Shown here piece after piece: positions 41,625-53,099 of a stretch of 64,000 nucleotides of DNA. Numbering within the stretch: position 1 is the stretch's first letter; every line of letters begins with the position of its first letter. The stretch is from Gammaproteobacteria bacterium (GTDB taxonomy: Bacteria; Pseudomonadota; Gammaproteobacteria; JAJPIJ01). The stretch is from the NCBI GenBank assembly GCA_021324815.1, contig JAJPIJ010000023.1, forward strand, positions 666-64,665, given 5' to 3'. Both the position numbers and the translations under genes were made by a program. The notes beneath the pieces are model-generated. The model was not told where the DNA came from. It did no database searches and saw only the letters and a list, made by a program, of their open reading frames with translations.

Positions 41625-42847
41625 CCGCCGCACTGGCGATGGACAGGGTCGCGCCGCCGCCGGCGCGCTGGCTGGCGTATCGCGATCATGATCCGTGGAT
41701 CCTGGGCGCGGCCGTGGTGCTGGCGTGCCTGGGCGTGGTGATGATGACGTCGGCCTCCATCACCCTGGCGGATAAAAATTACGGCGATCCGTTTTACTTT
41801 CTATGGCGGCAACTGACCGCGCTTGGCATCGGCGCGGCACTGGCGCTGTGGGCGATGCACGTGCCGCTGCATTTCCTGCAGCGGATGAGCTCCGCCTTCC
41901 TGCTGCTGGGAATCCTGGCCCTGATCCTGGTGTTGATCCCCGGCATCGGTCGCGAGGTGAACGGCAGCCTGCGCTGGCTGCAACTGGGGCCGCTGTCATT
42001 GCAGGCCTCGGAAGTGGCCAAGCCCTGCGTCGTGCTGTATCTGGCCGGCTATCTGGTGCGGCACAGCGACCAGGTGCGGGAAAAGTTCATCGGCTTCATC
42101 AAGCCCATTGGCGTGCTGACCCTCATCGCCGGCCTGCTGCTGCTGGAACCGGATTACGGCGCGGCGGCGGTGCTGTTCGCGACCTGCCTGGGCATGCTGT
42201 TCCTAGCCGGCGTGTCGCTCCCGCGTTTCATTTCCTGGGGCCTGGTGGCGCTCTCCGCGCTGGCGGCGCTGGCCCTGCTGGCGCCCTACCGGCTGGCGCG
42301 CCTGATGGCCTTCGTCGATCCATGGTCTGATCCCTATGACAGCGGCTTTCAGTTGACGCAATCGCTCATCGCATTCGGCCGCGGCGAACTCACCGGCGTG
42401 GGCCTTGGCGCCGGCATCCAGAAGCTTTTTTACCTGCCGGAGGTGCACACCGATTTCGTGTTTGCGGTGATCGGCGAGGAGCTGGGGCTGGCGGGCACGC
42501 TCACCGTGATTGCCCTGTTTCTGTTCTTGATGTGGCGGATTCTGCTGTTGGGCGGCGAGGCGCTCAAGGCGGGGGCGGCGTTTCACGCCCACGCCGCCAA
42601 CGGCGTGGCGCTGCTGCTGGGCCTGCAGGCCTTCATCAACATCGGCGTCAACATCGGCGTGCTGCCGACGAAGGGGCTGACCCTGCCGTTCATCAGCTAT
42701 GGCGCCAACAGCATGGTCATCACCTGTGCGATGCTGGGCCTGGTGTTGCGCATCGCGCATGAAATCCGCCGGCCGGTTCATCTGCCGGCGACGGGGCGGC
42801 CCGTATCCGCGCCGGCCATCAAGATCGCGGAGGATCCCACGCCATGA
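41621..42847 (+). CDS. ftsW: SEDS peptidoglycan polymerase FtsW
   Basis: LQASEVAK, EPDYG, GYQL-like GFQLTQS, YLPEVHTDF and TKGLTLPFISYG motifs. Confidence 0.96.
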   Translation: MTAALAMDRVAPPPARWLAYRDHDPWILGAAVVLACLGVVMMTSASITLADKNYGDPFYFLWRQLTALGIGAALALWAMHVPLHFLQRMSSAFLLLGILALILVLIPGIGREVNGSLRWLQLGPLSLQASEVAKPCVVLYLAGYLVRHSDQVREKFIGFIKPIGVLTLIAGLLLLEPDYGAAAVLFATCLGMLFLAGVSLPRFISWGLVALSALAALALLAPYRLARLMAFVDPWSDPYDSGFQLTQSLIAFGRGELTGVGLGAGIQKLFYLPEVHTDFVFAVIGEELGLAGTLTVIALFLFLMWRILLLGGEALKAGAAFHAHAANGVALLLGLQAFINIGVNIGVLPTKGLTLPFISYGANSMVITCAMLGLVLRIAHEIRRPVHLPATGRPVSAPAIKIAEDPTP

Positions 42848-43929
42848 ACCGGGCCATAGTGATCATGGCGGGCGGCACGGGCGGCCATATCTACCCGGCG
42901 CTGGCGGTGGCGGAGGAATTGCGGCGCCGGCAAGTGGTGGTGCACTGGCTGGGCACGCGCCGCGGATTGGAATCCCGGCTGGTGCCGCAGGCCGGCCTCA
43001 AGTTGCACACCGTGGCCGTGACCGGGCTGCGCCGCCACGGTCTGCGGGCCTGGCTGCTGGCACCGCCGGCGCTGATCCTGGCCCTGCTGCAATCGTTGTG
43101 GCACTTGCTGGTGTTGCGGCCGGCCGCGGTGCTGGGCATGGGCGGTTTCGCGAGTGGTCCCGGCGGGGTGGCGGCCTGGCTGTTGCGGATACCGTTGCTG
43201 TTGCACGAGCAGAACGCCCTGCCCGGCACCACCAACCGGCTGCTGGCGCCGCTGGCGTGGCGCCTGCTCGAGGCATTCCCGGGCGCGTTTGCGCCGCGCC
43301 CGGCCATCTGCACCGGCAATCCCGTGCGTGAGGCCATCGCCCGGCTGCCGGCGCGGCCGGCGGGCGCGAGCCCGGAGGAACAGACCGTGCGCCTACTGGT
43401 GGTGGGCGGCAGCCAGGGAGCGGCGGTCTTGAATCGCGTCGTGCCGGCGGCGCTGGCCTTGCTGGCCGGGCAGCCCAATCCCCCGCGCCTTGAAGTATGG
43501 CATCAAACGGGCGCGGGGCGGGACACCGAGACGGCGAAACGCTATCAGCAACATGGCGTCGCCGCGCGCGTGGAGCCGTACCTGCACGCCATCGAACAGG
43601 CTTACGCCTGGGCGGATCTGGTGATCTGCCGCGCCGGCGCGATGACCATCGCCGAACTCGCCGTCGCCGGTCTCCCGGCGCTCTTGGTGCCGTACCCCTT
43701 TGCCGTGGACGATCACCAGACGGCCAACGCCGAGTATCTGGCCAAACGCGGCGCGGCGCTGCTGGTGCCGGAGCGCGACTTGACGCCGCCGCATCTGGCG
43801 GAACTGGTGCGCGGCTTGATCGACCAGCCGCGGCGGCGCGCGGAGATGGCGCGCCAGGCCCGCGCGCTGGGCCGTCCGGACGCCGCCCTGCGCGTGGCGG
43901 AACTGTGCCTGGAGGCGGCGCATGGTTGA
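42844..43929 (+). CDS. murG: Lipid II GlcNAc transferase MurG
   Basis: [30 protein letters not shown] and DDHQTANA motifs. Confidence 0.96.
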   Translation: MNRAIVIMAGGTGGHIYPALAVAEELRRRQVVVHWLGTRRGLESRLVPQAGLKLHTVAVTGLRRHGLRAWLLAPPALILALLQSLWHLLVLRPAAVLGMGGFASGPGGVAAWLLRIPLLLHEQNALPGTTNRLLAPLAWRLLEAFPGAFAPRPAICTGNPVREAIARLPARPAGASPEEQTVRLLVVGGSQGAAVLNRVVPAALALLAGQPNPPRLEVWHQTGAGRDTETAKRYQQHGVAARVEPYLHAIEQAYAWADLVICRAGAMTIAELAVAGLPALLVPYPFAVDDHQTANAEYLAKRGAALLVPERDLTPPHLAELVRGLIDQPRRRAEMARQARALGRPDAALRVAELCLEAAHG

Positions 43930-45388
43930 GCGGAATCAAGACACGGGTCAGGCGCCGGGCCATGTCATGGGCAGGGTCAGGCGCGTTCATTTCATCGGCA
44001 TCGGCGGCGCGGGCATGGGCGGCATCGCCGAGGTGCTGCACAATCTGGGCTACGAAATCAGCGGCTCGGATGCGCAGCAGAACGCCATGACGCGTCATCT
44101 GGCGGACTGCGGCGTCCGGGTGCACATCGGCCATGACGCGGCGCAGGTTCGGGACGCCGACGTGGTCGTGTATTCGAGCGCCGTGCCCGCCGGAAATCCG
44201 GAGATGGTGGAGGCGCGGCGGCTGCGCCTGCCGGTGGTGCCGAGGGCGCAGATGCTGGCCGAGTTGATGCGCTTCCGCCATGGCATCGCCGTCGCCGGCA
44301 CGCACGGCAAGACCACCACCACCAGCCTGATTGCGGCGCTGCTCGCCGAGGGCGGGCTCGATCCCACATTCGTGGTCGGCGGGCGGGTCATCAGCAGCGG
44401 CACGCATGCGAGGCTGGGCGAGGGCCGGTACTTGGTGGCCGAGGCCGATGAAAGCGACGCCTCGTTTCTGCATTTAAGCCCGGTGATGGCGGTGGTCACC
44501 AACATTGATCAGGACCACATGGAGACCTACGGCGGCGATCCGAGGAAATTACGCGCCGCCTTCCTCGAATTTCTGCACCGCCTGCCGTTCTACGGCCTGG
44601 CCGTGCTTTGCACGGACGATGCGGTGGTGCGCGGGCTGCTCGATGAGGTGGGCCGGCCGGTGGTGACCTATGGCACGGATCCCCGCGCCGATCTGCGCGC
44701 CCATGACGTCAGGCAGCAGGACATGGTGACCCATTTCCGGGTGACGCGGCCCGGGGCCGTGCCGCTGGCCGTCACGCTCAACCTGCCGGGCCGTCACAAC
44801 GTGTTGAATGCGCTCGCCGCCATCGCCGTGGCGGGGGAATTGAATGTGGGCGACGCGGCCCTGCTCAAGGGGTTGCGCGAATTTCAGGGCATCGCCCGGC
44901 GCCTGCAGGACGTCGGCGAACTCCGCATTGACGGCGCGCGGGTGACGCTGCTTGACGACTACGGGCACCATCCGACCGAACTCGCGGCCACGCTCGCGGC
45001 GCTCCGTGCCGGCTGGCCGGGGCGCCGCGTGGTGATGGTGTTCCAGCCGCACCGCTACACCCGCACGCGCGATCTGCTGGACGATTTTGCCCGCGTGCTT
45101 TCGGAGGTGGATCAACTGTTGCTGCTGGATGTCTATGCCGCCGGCGAGGCGCCGCTGCCGGGCGCGGACAGCCGGGCGCTGGCGCGCGCGCTGCGCGCGC
45201 GCGGCAGGGTCGATCCCATTCTGGCGGCGGCGCCGGGCGAGGTCCCGGCGCTCCTGCCCGGCATCGTGCGCGACGGCGACGTGCTCCTGGTGCAGGGGGC
45301 CGGCAACGTGGGCAGCCTCATCGCCCGCCTGCAGGAACGGTTTGCCTTTGCGCCGCTCAAGGTGGTGCCGGCGAAGACGAAGACATGA
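43922..45388 (+). CDS. murC: UDP-MurNAc--L-alanine ligase
   Basis: [36 protein letters not shown] and FQPHRYTR motifs. The start may be the later ATG at 43967. Confidence 0.96.
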   Translation: MVERNQDTGQAPGHVMGRVRRVHFIGIGGAGMGGIAEVLHNLGYEISGSDAQQNAMTRHLADCGVRVHIGHDAAQVRDADVVVYSSAVPAGNPEMVEARRLRLPVVPRAQMLAELMRFRHGIAVAGTHGKTTTTSLIAALLAEGGLDPTFVVGGRVISSGTHARLGEGRYLVAEADESDASFLHLSPVMAVVTNIDQDHMETYGGDPRKLRAAFLEFLHRLPFYGLAVLCTDDAVVRGLLDEVGRPVVTYGTDPRADLRAHDVRQQDMVTHFRVTRPGAVPLAVTLNLPGRHNVLNALAAIAVAGELNVGDAALLKGLREFQGIARRLQDVGELRIDGARVTLLDDYGHHPTELAATLAALRAGWPGRRVVMVFQPHRYTRTRDLLDDFARVLSEVDQLLLLDVYAAGEAPLPGADSRALARALRARGRVDPILAAAPGEVPALLPGIVRDGDVLLVQGAGNVGSLIARLQERFAFAPLKVVPAKTKT

Positions 45389-46305
45389 TGGCGGCCATGA
45401 ACCGACGCGACTCCTCCCGGCCCTGGCGCGGCCGGCTGAATCTCAACGAAAGCCTGGCGCAGCACAACACCTGGCGCGTCGGCGGCCCGGCGGCGCGCTA
45501 TTACCAGCCGCTTGACGTTGATGATCTGGCCGCCTTTCTCGCCACGCTGGACGATAGCGAGCCGTTATTGTGGCTGGGACTGGGCAGCAACGTGCTGGTG
45601 CGCGACGGCGGCTTTCCCGGGACGGTGATTGCCACCCATCCCGCCCTGGATCACTGCGGCCGCGTGGAGCATGAACTGCTGCGCGCCGGGGCGGGCACGC
45701 CCTGCGCCAAGGTGGCCCGCCAGCTGGTGCGCGACGGCGCCACCGGTCTGGAATTTTTCGCCGGCATTCCCGGGACCATCGGCGGGGCGCTGGCGATGAA
45801 CGCCGGCGCCTTCGGCGGCGAGACCTGGCGGCAGGTGGACGGCGTGGAGACGGTGGATCGGCGGGGGCGGCTGCATCGCCGCCCGGCGTCGGATTACCGC
45901 GTGGCCTACCGGGAAGTCCACGCGCCGGCCGGCGATGAATGGTTCGTCGCCGCGACCTTCCGGGTGCGGCCCGATCCGGAGCGGAGCGGCGAGGCTCGCA
46001 TCCGGGCGCTGCTCGCCAGCCGCGCGCAAAGCCAGCCGATGGGGGAACCCAGCTGCGGCTCCGTGTTCCGCAATCCGGCCGGTGATTACGCCGGGCGGCT
46101 CATCGAAGCATGCGGGTTGAAAGGCGCGACGCTGGGCGGCGCGCAGGTGTCCCGCAAGCACGCCAATTTCATCGTCAACCTGGGCTCCGCCACGGCGGCG
46201 GACATCGAGGGCCTGATCCGGCGCATCCAGGAAACGGTGCGGGGCCGGTGCGGCGTGGAACTCGTCCCGGAGGTGCGCATCGTGGGCGAGGGGAAGAAAC
46301 CATGA
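45385..46305 (+). CDS. murB: UDP-N-acetylmuramate dehydrogenase
   Basis: [38 protein letters not shown] and KHANFIVN motifs. Confidence 0.96.
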   Translation: MMAAMNRRDSSRPWRGRLNLNESLAQHNTWRVGGPAARYYQPLDVDDLAAFLATLDDSEPLLWLGLGSNVLVRDGGFPGTVIATHPALDHCGRVEHELLRAGAGTPCAKVARQLVRDGATGLEFFAGIPGTIGGALAMNAGAFGGETWRQVDGVETVDRRGRLHRRPASDYRVAYREVHAPAGDEWFVAATFRVRPDPERSGEARIRALLASRAQSQPMGEPSCGSVFRNPAGDYAGRLIEACGLKGATLGGAQVSRKHANFIVNLGSATAADIEGLIRRIQETVRGRCGVELVPEVRIVGEGKKP

Positions 46306-47252
46306 ACGCCACGGCGAAGGCATTCGGACGGGTGGCGGTGCTGATGGGCGGGCGTTCCGCGGAGCGGGAGATCTCGCTCATGAGCGGCAAGGCCGTGCTT
46401 GAGGCATTGTGTCGGGCGGGCATCGACGCCCAGGCGTTTGATCCGGCGGCGCGCGATTTCGCCGAGATCGAAAAGTTCGACCGTGCCTTCATCGTGCTGC
46501 ACGGCCGCGGCGGCGAGGACGGCACCGTGCAGGGGGCGCTTGAGACCCTCGGCGTGCCTTACACGGGCAGCGGCGTCATGGCCTCGGCGCTGTGCCTGGA
46601 CAAGTGGCGGACCAAGCTGGTGTGGCAGTCGAGCGGTATCCCCACCCCGCGCCACCTGCTGGTGGAGGAGGATATGGATCTGAATTCACTGATCGCGATC
46701 CTGGGGTTGCCGCTCATCATCAAGCCGGTCCACGAGGGCTCGACCATCGGCCTGACGCGCGTGGACCGCCGCCAGGACCTGGACGCGGCCATCGCCGGCG
46801 CCCGCCGGCACGATCCGATGGTGCTGGCCGAGGAATACATCGCCGGCCAGGAGCTGACCGCGGCGATCCTGGGCGTTCGCGCCCTGCCGCTGGTGCGCAT
46901 CGAGGCGCCGGCGGGCAACTATGACTATCACGCCAAGTATTTCTCCGAGGAAACCCGGTACCACTGCCCGGCCGGCGTCGAGGCGCGCGTCGAGGCGGAA
47001 ATCCAGGCGGCGGCGCTCAAGGCCTTCCACGTGCTCGGGTGCCGCGGCTGGGGCCGCGCCGACGTGATGCTGCGCCCCGACGGCGGATTTTTCTTCCTGG
47101 AAATGAACACCGTTCCCGGCATGACCGGCCACAGCCTGGTGCCGATGGCGGCGCGGGCGGCGGGGATGAGCTTCGACGATCTGGTATTGACGATCCTGCG
47201 GTTCACGCTGCCGATCGCGGGGCGGGCCCGCGTGGAGAAGGTCTCATGCTGA
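46302..47252 (+). CDS. ddl: D-alanine--D-alanine ligase
   Basis: GGRSAEREIS, LHGRGGEDG, YDYHAKY and EMNTVPGMT motifs. Confidence 0.96.
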   Translation: MNATAKAFGRVAVLMGGRSAEREISLMSGKAVLEALCRAGIDAQAFDPAARDFAEIEKFDRAFIVLHGRGGEDGTVQGALETLGVPYTGSGVMASALCLDKWRTKLVWQSSGIPTPRHLLVEEDMDLNSLIAILGLPLIIKPVHEGSTIGLTRVDRRQDLDAAIAGARRHDPMVLAEEYIAGQELTAAILGVRALPLVRIEAPAGNYDYHAKYFSEETRYHCPAGVEARVEAEIQAAALKAFHVLGCRGWGRADVMLRPDGGFFFLEMNTVPGMTGHSLVPMAARAAGMSFDDLVLTILRFTLPIAGRARVEKVSC

Positions 47253-48031
47253 GCTTGCGCCGCCCGCAAAATCGCCGCCTCGGCACCCCTTCGATGTGGC
47301 GGCGGCGGGGGCTGATCTGGCTGGCGACGGCGGGTGTGGTCGCGGCGATGACGGGCACGTTCGCCGCCGTGCGCTGGCTTGATGACCCGAAGCATCTGCC
47401 CATCCGCGAGGTGCGCATCAACGGCGAGTTGCGGCACCTGTCGCCCGCGCACGTGCAGCAGGCGGTGCTGGCGGAGGCCACCGGCGGTTTTTTCAGCGTC
47501 GATGTCGATCGCATCCGCACCGCCGTGCTGGCGAACCCGTGGGTGCGGGAGGTGTCGGTGCGCCGGGTCTGGCCGGATACGCTGGTGGTGACGGTGAGCG
47601 AGCAGCATCCGCTGGCTTATTGGGGTGCCGCCGCCCTCATCAGCGCCGGGGGCGTGGTGTTTCGCCCGACGCCGGAGCAATTTCCTCCCGGTCTGCCGCT
47701 GCTGAACGGGCCGGAGGGCGCGCAGGTGTCCCTGCTTAATCGTTACCGGCAGTTGCAGGCGTGGTTCGCGCCGCTGGGCTTGCGCGTGCAACAGGTGGAC
47801 CTGAATTCACGGCGGTCCTGGCGCTTTACGGTGGTGAATGACCAGGGCGGCGGCGGCAAGGCGGGCATCGAAATCGTCGTGGGGCGCACGGATTTCGACG
47901 CCCGGGTGCAGCGCTTGATCACGGCCTGGCCGCGCACCGTGGGGGCGCGCGAGGGCGAAATCGCCGGCGTGGATTTGCGCTACACGAACGGTTTTGCCGT
48001 CCGTCCGCGGCGCGCCCCGCCGCTCGGCTGA
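47246..48031 (+). CDS. ftsQ: Cell division protein FtsQ
   Basis: Single TM helix, POTRA region (PWVREVSVRRVWPDTL) and C-terminal VDLRYTNGFAV. Confidence 0.93.
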   Translation: MLSLRRPQNRRLGTPSMWRRRGLIWLATAGVVAAMTGTFAAVRWLDDPKHLPIREVRINGELRHLSPAHVQQAVLAEATGGFFSVDVDRIRTAVLANPWVREVSVRRVWPDTLVVTVSEQHPLAYWGAAALISAGGVVFRPTPEQFPPGLPLLNGPEGAQVSLLNRYRQLQAWFAPLGLRVQQVDLNSRRSWRFTVVNDQGGGGKAGIEIVVGRTDFDARVQRLITAWPRTVGAREGEIAGVDLRYTNGFAVRPRRAPPLG

Positions 48032-48045
48032 CAGGAGGGGATGGC

Positions 48046-49278
48046 ATGAAGAAACCGGACAAGAACCTGGTCGTGGGCCTGGACATCGGCACCTCGAAGG
48101 TGGTGGCGATGGTCGGCGAGGTCGGCCCCGACGGCCAGATGGAGGTCATCGGCATGGGGTCGCATCCCTCGCGCGGCCTGAAGAAGGGCGTGGTGGTGAA
48201 CATCGAGTCGACCGTGCAATCCATCCAGCGCGCCATCGAGGAGGCCGAATTGATGGCGGGCTGCGAGATCCGCTCGGTCTACGCCGGCATCGCCGGCAGC
48301 CACATCAGGAGCCTCAATTCCCACGGCATCGTCGCCATCCGCGACAACGAGGTGACGCCGCACGATGTCGAGCGCGTCATCGACGCCGCCCGCGCGGTGG
48401 CCATCCCCGCCGATCAGAAAATCCTCCACGTCCTGCCGCAGGAGTTCGTCATCGACAACCAGGAGGGCATTCGCGATCCCATCGGCATGTCGGGGGTGCG
48501 GCTGGAGGCCAGGGTGCACATGGTGACCGGGGCGGTGTCGGCGGCGCAGAACATCGTCAAGTGCGTGCGCCGCTGCGGGCTGGAGGTGGACGACGTCATC
48601 CTGCAGCAGCTGGCCTCGGCGCAGGCGGTGTTGACGGATGACGAGAAGGAACTAGGCATCTGTCTGGCCGACATCGGCGGCGGCACCAGCGACATCGCCG
48701 TGTTCGTCAACGGCGCCATCCATCACACCGCCGCCATCCCCATCGCCGGCGATCAGGTGACCAACGACATCGCCGTGGCCTTGCGCACGCCCACGCACCA
48801 CGCCGAGGACATCAAGATCAAGTACGCCTGTGCGCTGACCCAGCTGGCCAACCCGGAGGAAACCATCGAGGTGCCGAGCGTCGGCGACCGGGCGCCGCGG
48901 CGGCTGCTGCGCCAGACCCTGGCCGAGGTGGTCGAGCCGCGCTACGAGGAGCTGTTTTCGCTGATTCACGCCGAGCTCAAGCGCAGCGGCTTTGAGGAAC
49001 TGGTCGCCGCCGGCGTGGTGCTGACCGGCGGCGGCGCCAAGATGGAGGGCGTCATCGAGCTGGCCGAGGAGGTCTTCCACATGCCGGTGCGGCTGGGCAC
49101 GCCGCAATACGTCACCGGGCTCGCCGACGTGGTGCGCAATCCGGTGTATTCCACGGCCGTGGGGCTTTTGCTGTTCAGTCAGAAGATGGTGCATTCACAG
49201 CCGCACCCGCAGCGCATGGAGGGCGGCGTGCGGCAGATGTGGGAACGGATGAAGAACTGGTTTCATGGACATTTCTGA
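48046..49278 (+). CDS. ftsA: Cell division protein FtsA
   Basis: GLDIGTSK, GLKKGVVV, DIGGGTSD, VLTGGG and C-terminal amphipathic WERMKNWF. Confidence 0.97.
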   Translation: MKKPDKNLVVGLDIGTSKVVAMVGEVGPDGQMEVIGMGSHPSRGLKKGVVVNIESTVQSIQRAIEEAELMAGCEIRSVYAGIAGSHIRSLNSHGIVAIRDNEVTPHDVERVIDAARAVAIPADQKILHVLPQEFVIDNQEGIRDPIGMSGVRLEARVHMVTGAVSAAQNIVKCVRRCGLEVDDVILQQLASAQAVLTDDEKELGICLADIGGGTSDIAVFVNGAIHHTAAIPIAGDQVTNDIAVALRTPTHHAEDIKIKYACALTQLANPEETIEVPSVGDRAPRRLLRQTLAEVVEPRYEELFSLIHAELKRSGFEELVAAGVVLTGGGAKMEGVIELAEEVFHMPVRLGTPQYVTGLADVVRNPVYSTAVGLLLFSQKMVHSQPHPQRMEGGVRQMWERMKNWFHGHF

Positions 49279-49357
49279 CGGGAATCCATCACGCGGATTT
49301 TTTTGAGATGGGTTCGAAAAATTTTTATATACTTTACTTTGCCGATGAGGAGGTCAT

Positions 49358-50554
49358 ATGCCATTTGAATTGATGGATGCCGTAAATCAGAACGCGGTCA
49401 TCAAGGTCATCGGAGTCGGCGGCGGCGGCGGCAACGCCGTGCAGCACATGGTGAGCGCCGGCATCGACGGCGTCGACTTCATCTCCGCCAACACCGACGC
49501 CCAGGCGCTGAAGAATTCATCGGCGCGCATGACGCTGCAACTGGGCAAGGACATCACCAAGGGGCTGGGGGCCGGCGCCGATCCGGAGGTCGGGCGCCAG
49601 GCGGCGCTCGAGGATCGCGAGCGCATCTCCGACGTGCTGGACGGCTCCGACATGGTGTTCATCACCGCCGGCATGGGCGGCGGCACCGGCACCGGCGCGA
49701 CGCCGGTGGTGGCGCAGGTGGCCAAGGACCTTGGCATCCTGACCGTGGCGGTGGTGACCAAGCCCTTTCTCATGGAGGGGCGCAAGCGCATGGAGGCCGC
49801 CAACAAGGGCATCAAGGAACTGTCCCAGTTCGTGGACTCGCTCATCACCATCCCCAATGAGAAGCTGCTGACAGTCCTGGGCCGCGACGTCAGCCTGCTG
49901 GACGCCTTCAAGGCGGCCAACGACGTGCTCCTGGGCGCAGTTCAGGGCATCGCCGAACTCATCACCCGGCCGGGGCTCATCAACGTCGATTTCGCCGATG
50001 TGCGCACGGTGATGCGGGAGATGGGCATGGCCATGATGGGGTCCGGTCGCGGCAAGGGTCCGGATCGCGCCCGGCTGGCCGCCGAGAGCGCCATCGCCAG
50101 CCCGCTCTTGGAAGACATCAACATCTCCGGCGCGCGCGGCATCCTGGTCAACATCACCGCCGGCACGGATTTGCGCATCGGCGAGTTCGACGAGGTGGGC
50201 AACATCATCAAGGGTTTCGCCTCCGAAAACGCCACGGTGGTCATCGGCACCGCGCTCGATCCGGCCATCACCGATGAATTCCGGGTCACCGTGGTGGCCA
50301 CCGGCCTGGGTGGCCACGAGGAAAAAGCGACCGCGGAGTCCCCGACGGCGGTGCCGGCGGGCGCAAAACCCGCGGCAGGCGCCACCGTCATACCCGTATT
50401 GTCACAGCAGCTGGAGGGGGCGAAGGCGCCCCGCCGCGAGAGCGCCGCCGAACCGGATTACAGCCAGTATGACAAGCCGGCCTATGACCGGAAGAAGAAA
50501 GGAACCGCCAATTTTCTGGATATTCCCGCATTTTTGCGGCGCCAGGCCGATTAA
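49358..50554 (+). CDS. ftsZ: Cell division protein FtsZ
   Basis: GVGGGGGNA, NTDAQAL, GGGTGTG, GLINVDFADV and C-terminal LDIPAFLRRQAD. Confidence 0.98.
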   Translation: MPFELMDAVNQNAVIKVIGVGGGGGNAVQHMVSAGIDGVDFISANTDAQALKNSSARMTLQLGKDITKGLGAGADPEVGRQAALEDRERISDVLDGSDMVFITAGMGGGTGTGATPVVAQVAKDLGILTVAVVTKPFLMEGRKRMEAANKGIKELSQFVDSLITIPNEKLLTVLGRDVSLLDAFKAANDVLLGAVQGIAELITRPGLINVDFADVRTVMREMGMAMMGSGRGKGPDRARLAAESAIASPLLEDINISGARGILVNITAGTDLRIGEFDEVGNIIKGFASENATVVIGTALDPAITDEFRVTVVATGLGGHEEKATAESPTAVPAGAKPAAGATVIPVLSQQLEGAKAPRRESAAEPDYSQYDKPAYDRKKKGTANFLDIPAFLRRQAD

Positions 50555-50614
50555 TCACGGAAATGACCCCCAAACGGGAAAGGAGGATAACGGACTAGCG
50601 CATAAGGGTTTTTG

Positions 50615-50623
50615 TGTTATTAT
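50615..50623 (+). promoter_or_regulatory. Candidate extended -10 promoter for lpxC
   Basis: TG-T-TATTAT about 43 nt upstream of lpxC ATG 50666. Confidence 0.45.
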
Positions 50624-50665
50624 CCCGCCCCAGACCCTTCGCCTTGAATGGGGGAGCAAGGGGTA

Positions 50666-51577
50666 ATGATAAAACAGCGCACTCTAAAAAATATCATACG
50701 CGCCACCGGAGTCGGTCTGCATACAGGGAAAAAAGTCTATCTGACCCTGCGACCGGCGCCACCTGACACCGGCATCCTGTTTCGGCGCATCGATCTCAAT
50801 CCGGTGGTGGAGATCGCCGCCCGCGCAGAAAACGTGGGTGACACCCGCCTCTCCACCACGCTCGCCAAGGACGGCACCCGCATCGCCACCGTGGAACACC
50901 TGCTGTCCGCCCTGGCGGGGCTCGGCATCGACAACGCCTATGTCGACGTAAGCGCCGCGGAGGTGCCGATCATGGATGGCAGCGCCGGACCGTTTGTCTT
51001 CCTGATCCAGTCCGCCGGCATCCAGGAGCAGAACGCGGCCAAGAAATTCGTCCGCATCAAGCGCCCGGTCAAGGTGGAGGATGGGGACAAATGGGCAAGA
51101 TTCGAGCCCTTTGAAGGATTCAAGGTAGCCTTCGCCATAGAATTCGACCACCCCTTCTTCCAGCAAACCAGCAAATACGCCGAAATCGATTTTTCCACCA
51201 CCTCCTTCGTCAAGGAGGTCAGTCGCGCCAGAACCTTCGGTTTCATGCGGGAGGTGGAATTGTTGCGGCAGAAGAACCTGGCCCTGGGGGGCAGCCTCGC
51301 GAACGCCGTGGTGGTCGATGACTACCGCGTATTGAATGAAGAAGGCCTGCGTTACGAGGATGAATTCGTCAAACACAAGGTCCTGGATGCCATCGGCGAC
51401 CTCTATCTTCTGGGACACACCCTGATCGGCGCCTTCCATGGCAACAAGTCCGGTCACGAACTGAACAACAAGCTGTTGCGCCTGTTGCTGGCCAACAAGA
51501 AATGCTACGAGGTGGTGACCTACCCCGACGCGCAGGCCGCGCCCATCTCGTTCATGCAACCTGTGCCCGCGACCTGA
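50666..51577 (+). CDS. lpxC: UDP-3-O-acyl-GlcNAc deacetylase
   Basis: [46 protein letters not shown] and KSGH motifs. Confidence 0.97.
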   Translation: MIKQRTLKNIIRATGVGLHTGKKVYLTLRPAPPDTGILFRRIDLNPVVEIAARAENVGDTRLSTTLAKDGTRIATVEHLLSALAGLGIDNAYVDVSAAEVPIMDGSAGPFVFLIQSAGIQEQNAAKKFVRIKRPVKVEDGDKWARFEPFEGFKVAFAIEFDHPFFQQTSKYAEIDFSTTSFVKEVSRARTFGFMREVELLRQKNLALGGSLANAVVVDDYRVLNEEGLRYEDEFVKHKVLDAIGDLYLLGHTLIGAFHGNKSGHELNNKLLRLLLANKKCYEVVTYPDAQAAPISFMQPVPAT

Positions 51578-51647
51578 CCTCGCTGCGAAGGGAAACCGGC
51601 GGCGCCGCGGGCGGAAAGGGCGGTTTTCTGGGAGAAATGCGATCGCA

Positions 51648-51959
51648 TCAGCCGGGGGCGACCTTGATGCGGATGGTGCGAAGCTGTGCGTTTGCAGGGG
51701 CATCGCCGTTGAGCGCGTCCAGCATGGCGGGAATGAGGCAACGGCCCTGCGTGGCCCAGGCGGCCGAATCCGCCTGCAGTATGAGGGTGTGTCCCTGCAC
51801 GTTGAGCACGCGCAGGTGCGCATTCAGCGGTGCGGGCCACAGGGGGCGCAGGCGGCGTTCGACGCCGTGGAGATACCCGGCGTGCTCCAACAATTGGCGC
51901 AGATGACTGGAACCGTTCAACAGCCGGCGTAGCGGTTGCGGTGGTGAGGAGCGGTTCAT
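51648..51959 (-). CDS. dciA: DciA (DUF721) family replicative helicase loader
   Basis: Small ORF opposite the operon between lpxC and the M23 gene/secA, the conserved position. LILQADSAAWATQ and IRIKV resemble DUF721. Confidence 0.78.
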   Translation of the reverse strand: MNRSSPPQPLRRLLNGSSHLRQLLEHAGYLHGVERRLRPLWPAPLNAHLRVLNVQGHTLILQADSAAWATQGRCLIPAMLDALNGDAPANAQLRTIRIKVAPG

Positions 51960-52003
51960 AACTAATCCAAAAGCGGAGGGGTCGCGGTCTGACCGGAGGC
52001 GCT

Positions 52004-52987
52004 ATGCAACTTATTCTACTCTCCAAATCGCACGGCGGCCTGTGCCAGTTTCAACTCGGGCGCCGCGCACTGCTGATTACGGGCGTGCTGGTGCTGGGGT
52101 TGTCATCGGGCCTGCTGGCGCTGGGGGCGCGCTGGGGCGCGGCCTATGCCCTGGTCCAGGCCAAGGCCGGCCTCCAGGAGCGCCAGGAATTCTGGCGCGG
52201 CCAGATGGAGCAGCAGCGCGAGAAGCTGGCGCAAATGCGCCGGGATACCGAGGCCGATCTGAACGCACTGGCGCTGAAACTCGGTGAAATGCAATCGCAT
52301 GTCACCCGCCTGGACGCCCTCGGCGAGCGACTGACCGTGATGGCCAAGCTGAAGGATGGCGAATTCGACTTTCGCAGTTCACCGCCGTTGGGCGGCCCGG
52401 CGTCCGGCGCGCAGGTCTCCAACACCGCGCAGGACATCGCCCAGGGCATTGAGAAACTGTGGCGGGAACTCGATGATCGGACCGAGCAGTTGACCGCGAT
52501 GGAATCATTGTTGATGAACCGCAAGCTGCAGGACGAGATCTTCCCGGCCGGCGTGCCCCTGATGGGGGGATGGATGTCCTCCGGGTTTGGTCTGCGCGCC
52601 GATCCGGTCACCGGCCGTCAGGAGTTCCACCGTGGCATCGACTATGCCGGAGAGCCGGGCTCCAGCGTCATCGCCATGGCCTCGGGCGTGGTGAGCTGGT
52701 CCGGGTGGCGGGACGAATACGGCAACGTCGTGGAGATCAACCACGGCAATGGTTACGTCACCCGCTACGCGCACAACAAGAAAAATCTCGTGGCCGTCGG
52801 TGATCGAGTCGAGAAGGGACAGGCCATCGCCATCATGGGCGCCACCGGCCGCACCACCGGGCCGCATGTTCACTTCGAGGTGCTGAAGGACGACGCCATC
52901 GTCAACCCGTCCAAGTACATCCACGCGGGCGGGACGGCCGATGTTGAAGTCACGCAGGACGCCCGTTTGCCGCATTCCGTCAATTAA
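52004..52987 (+). CDS. M23 family metallo-endopeptidase with N-terminal TM and coiled coil
   Basis: SSGFGLRADP, FHRGID (HxxxD), YAH and TTGPHVHFEV (HxH) motifs. Confidence 0.92.
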   Translation: MQLILLSKSHGGLCQFQLGRRALLITGVLVLGLSSGLLALGARWGAAYALVQAKAGLQERQEFWRGQMEQQREKLAQMRRDTEADLNALALKLGEMQSHVTRLDALGERLTVMAKLKDGEFDFRSSPPLGGPASGAQVSNTAQDIAQGIEKLWRELDDRTEQLTAMESLLMNRKLQDEIFPAGVPLMGGWMSSGFGLRADPVTGRQEFHRGIDYAGEPGSSVIAMASGVVSWSGWRDEYGNVVEINHGNGYVTRYAHNKKNLVAVGDRVEKGQAIAIMGATGRTTGPHVHFEVLKDDAIVNPSKYIHAGGTADVEVTQDARLPHSVN

Positions 52988-53099
52988 TCTGTCGCTGTTT
53001 CCCGGGCGGCGTCAAAGGGTTAAACTGCGCCTCCGAATCGTTTCGGGATGGCGCCGCGCGTTAGCAGTCTTTTAATATTCCCCTGTTGATACCTGACTC

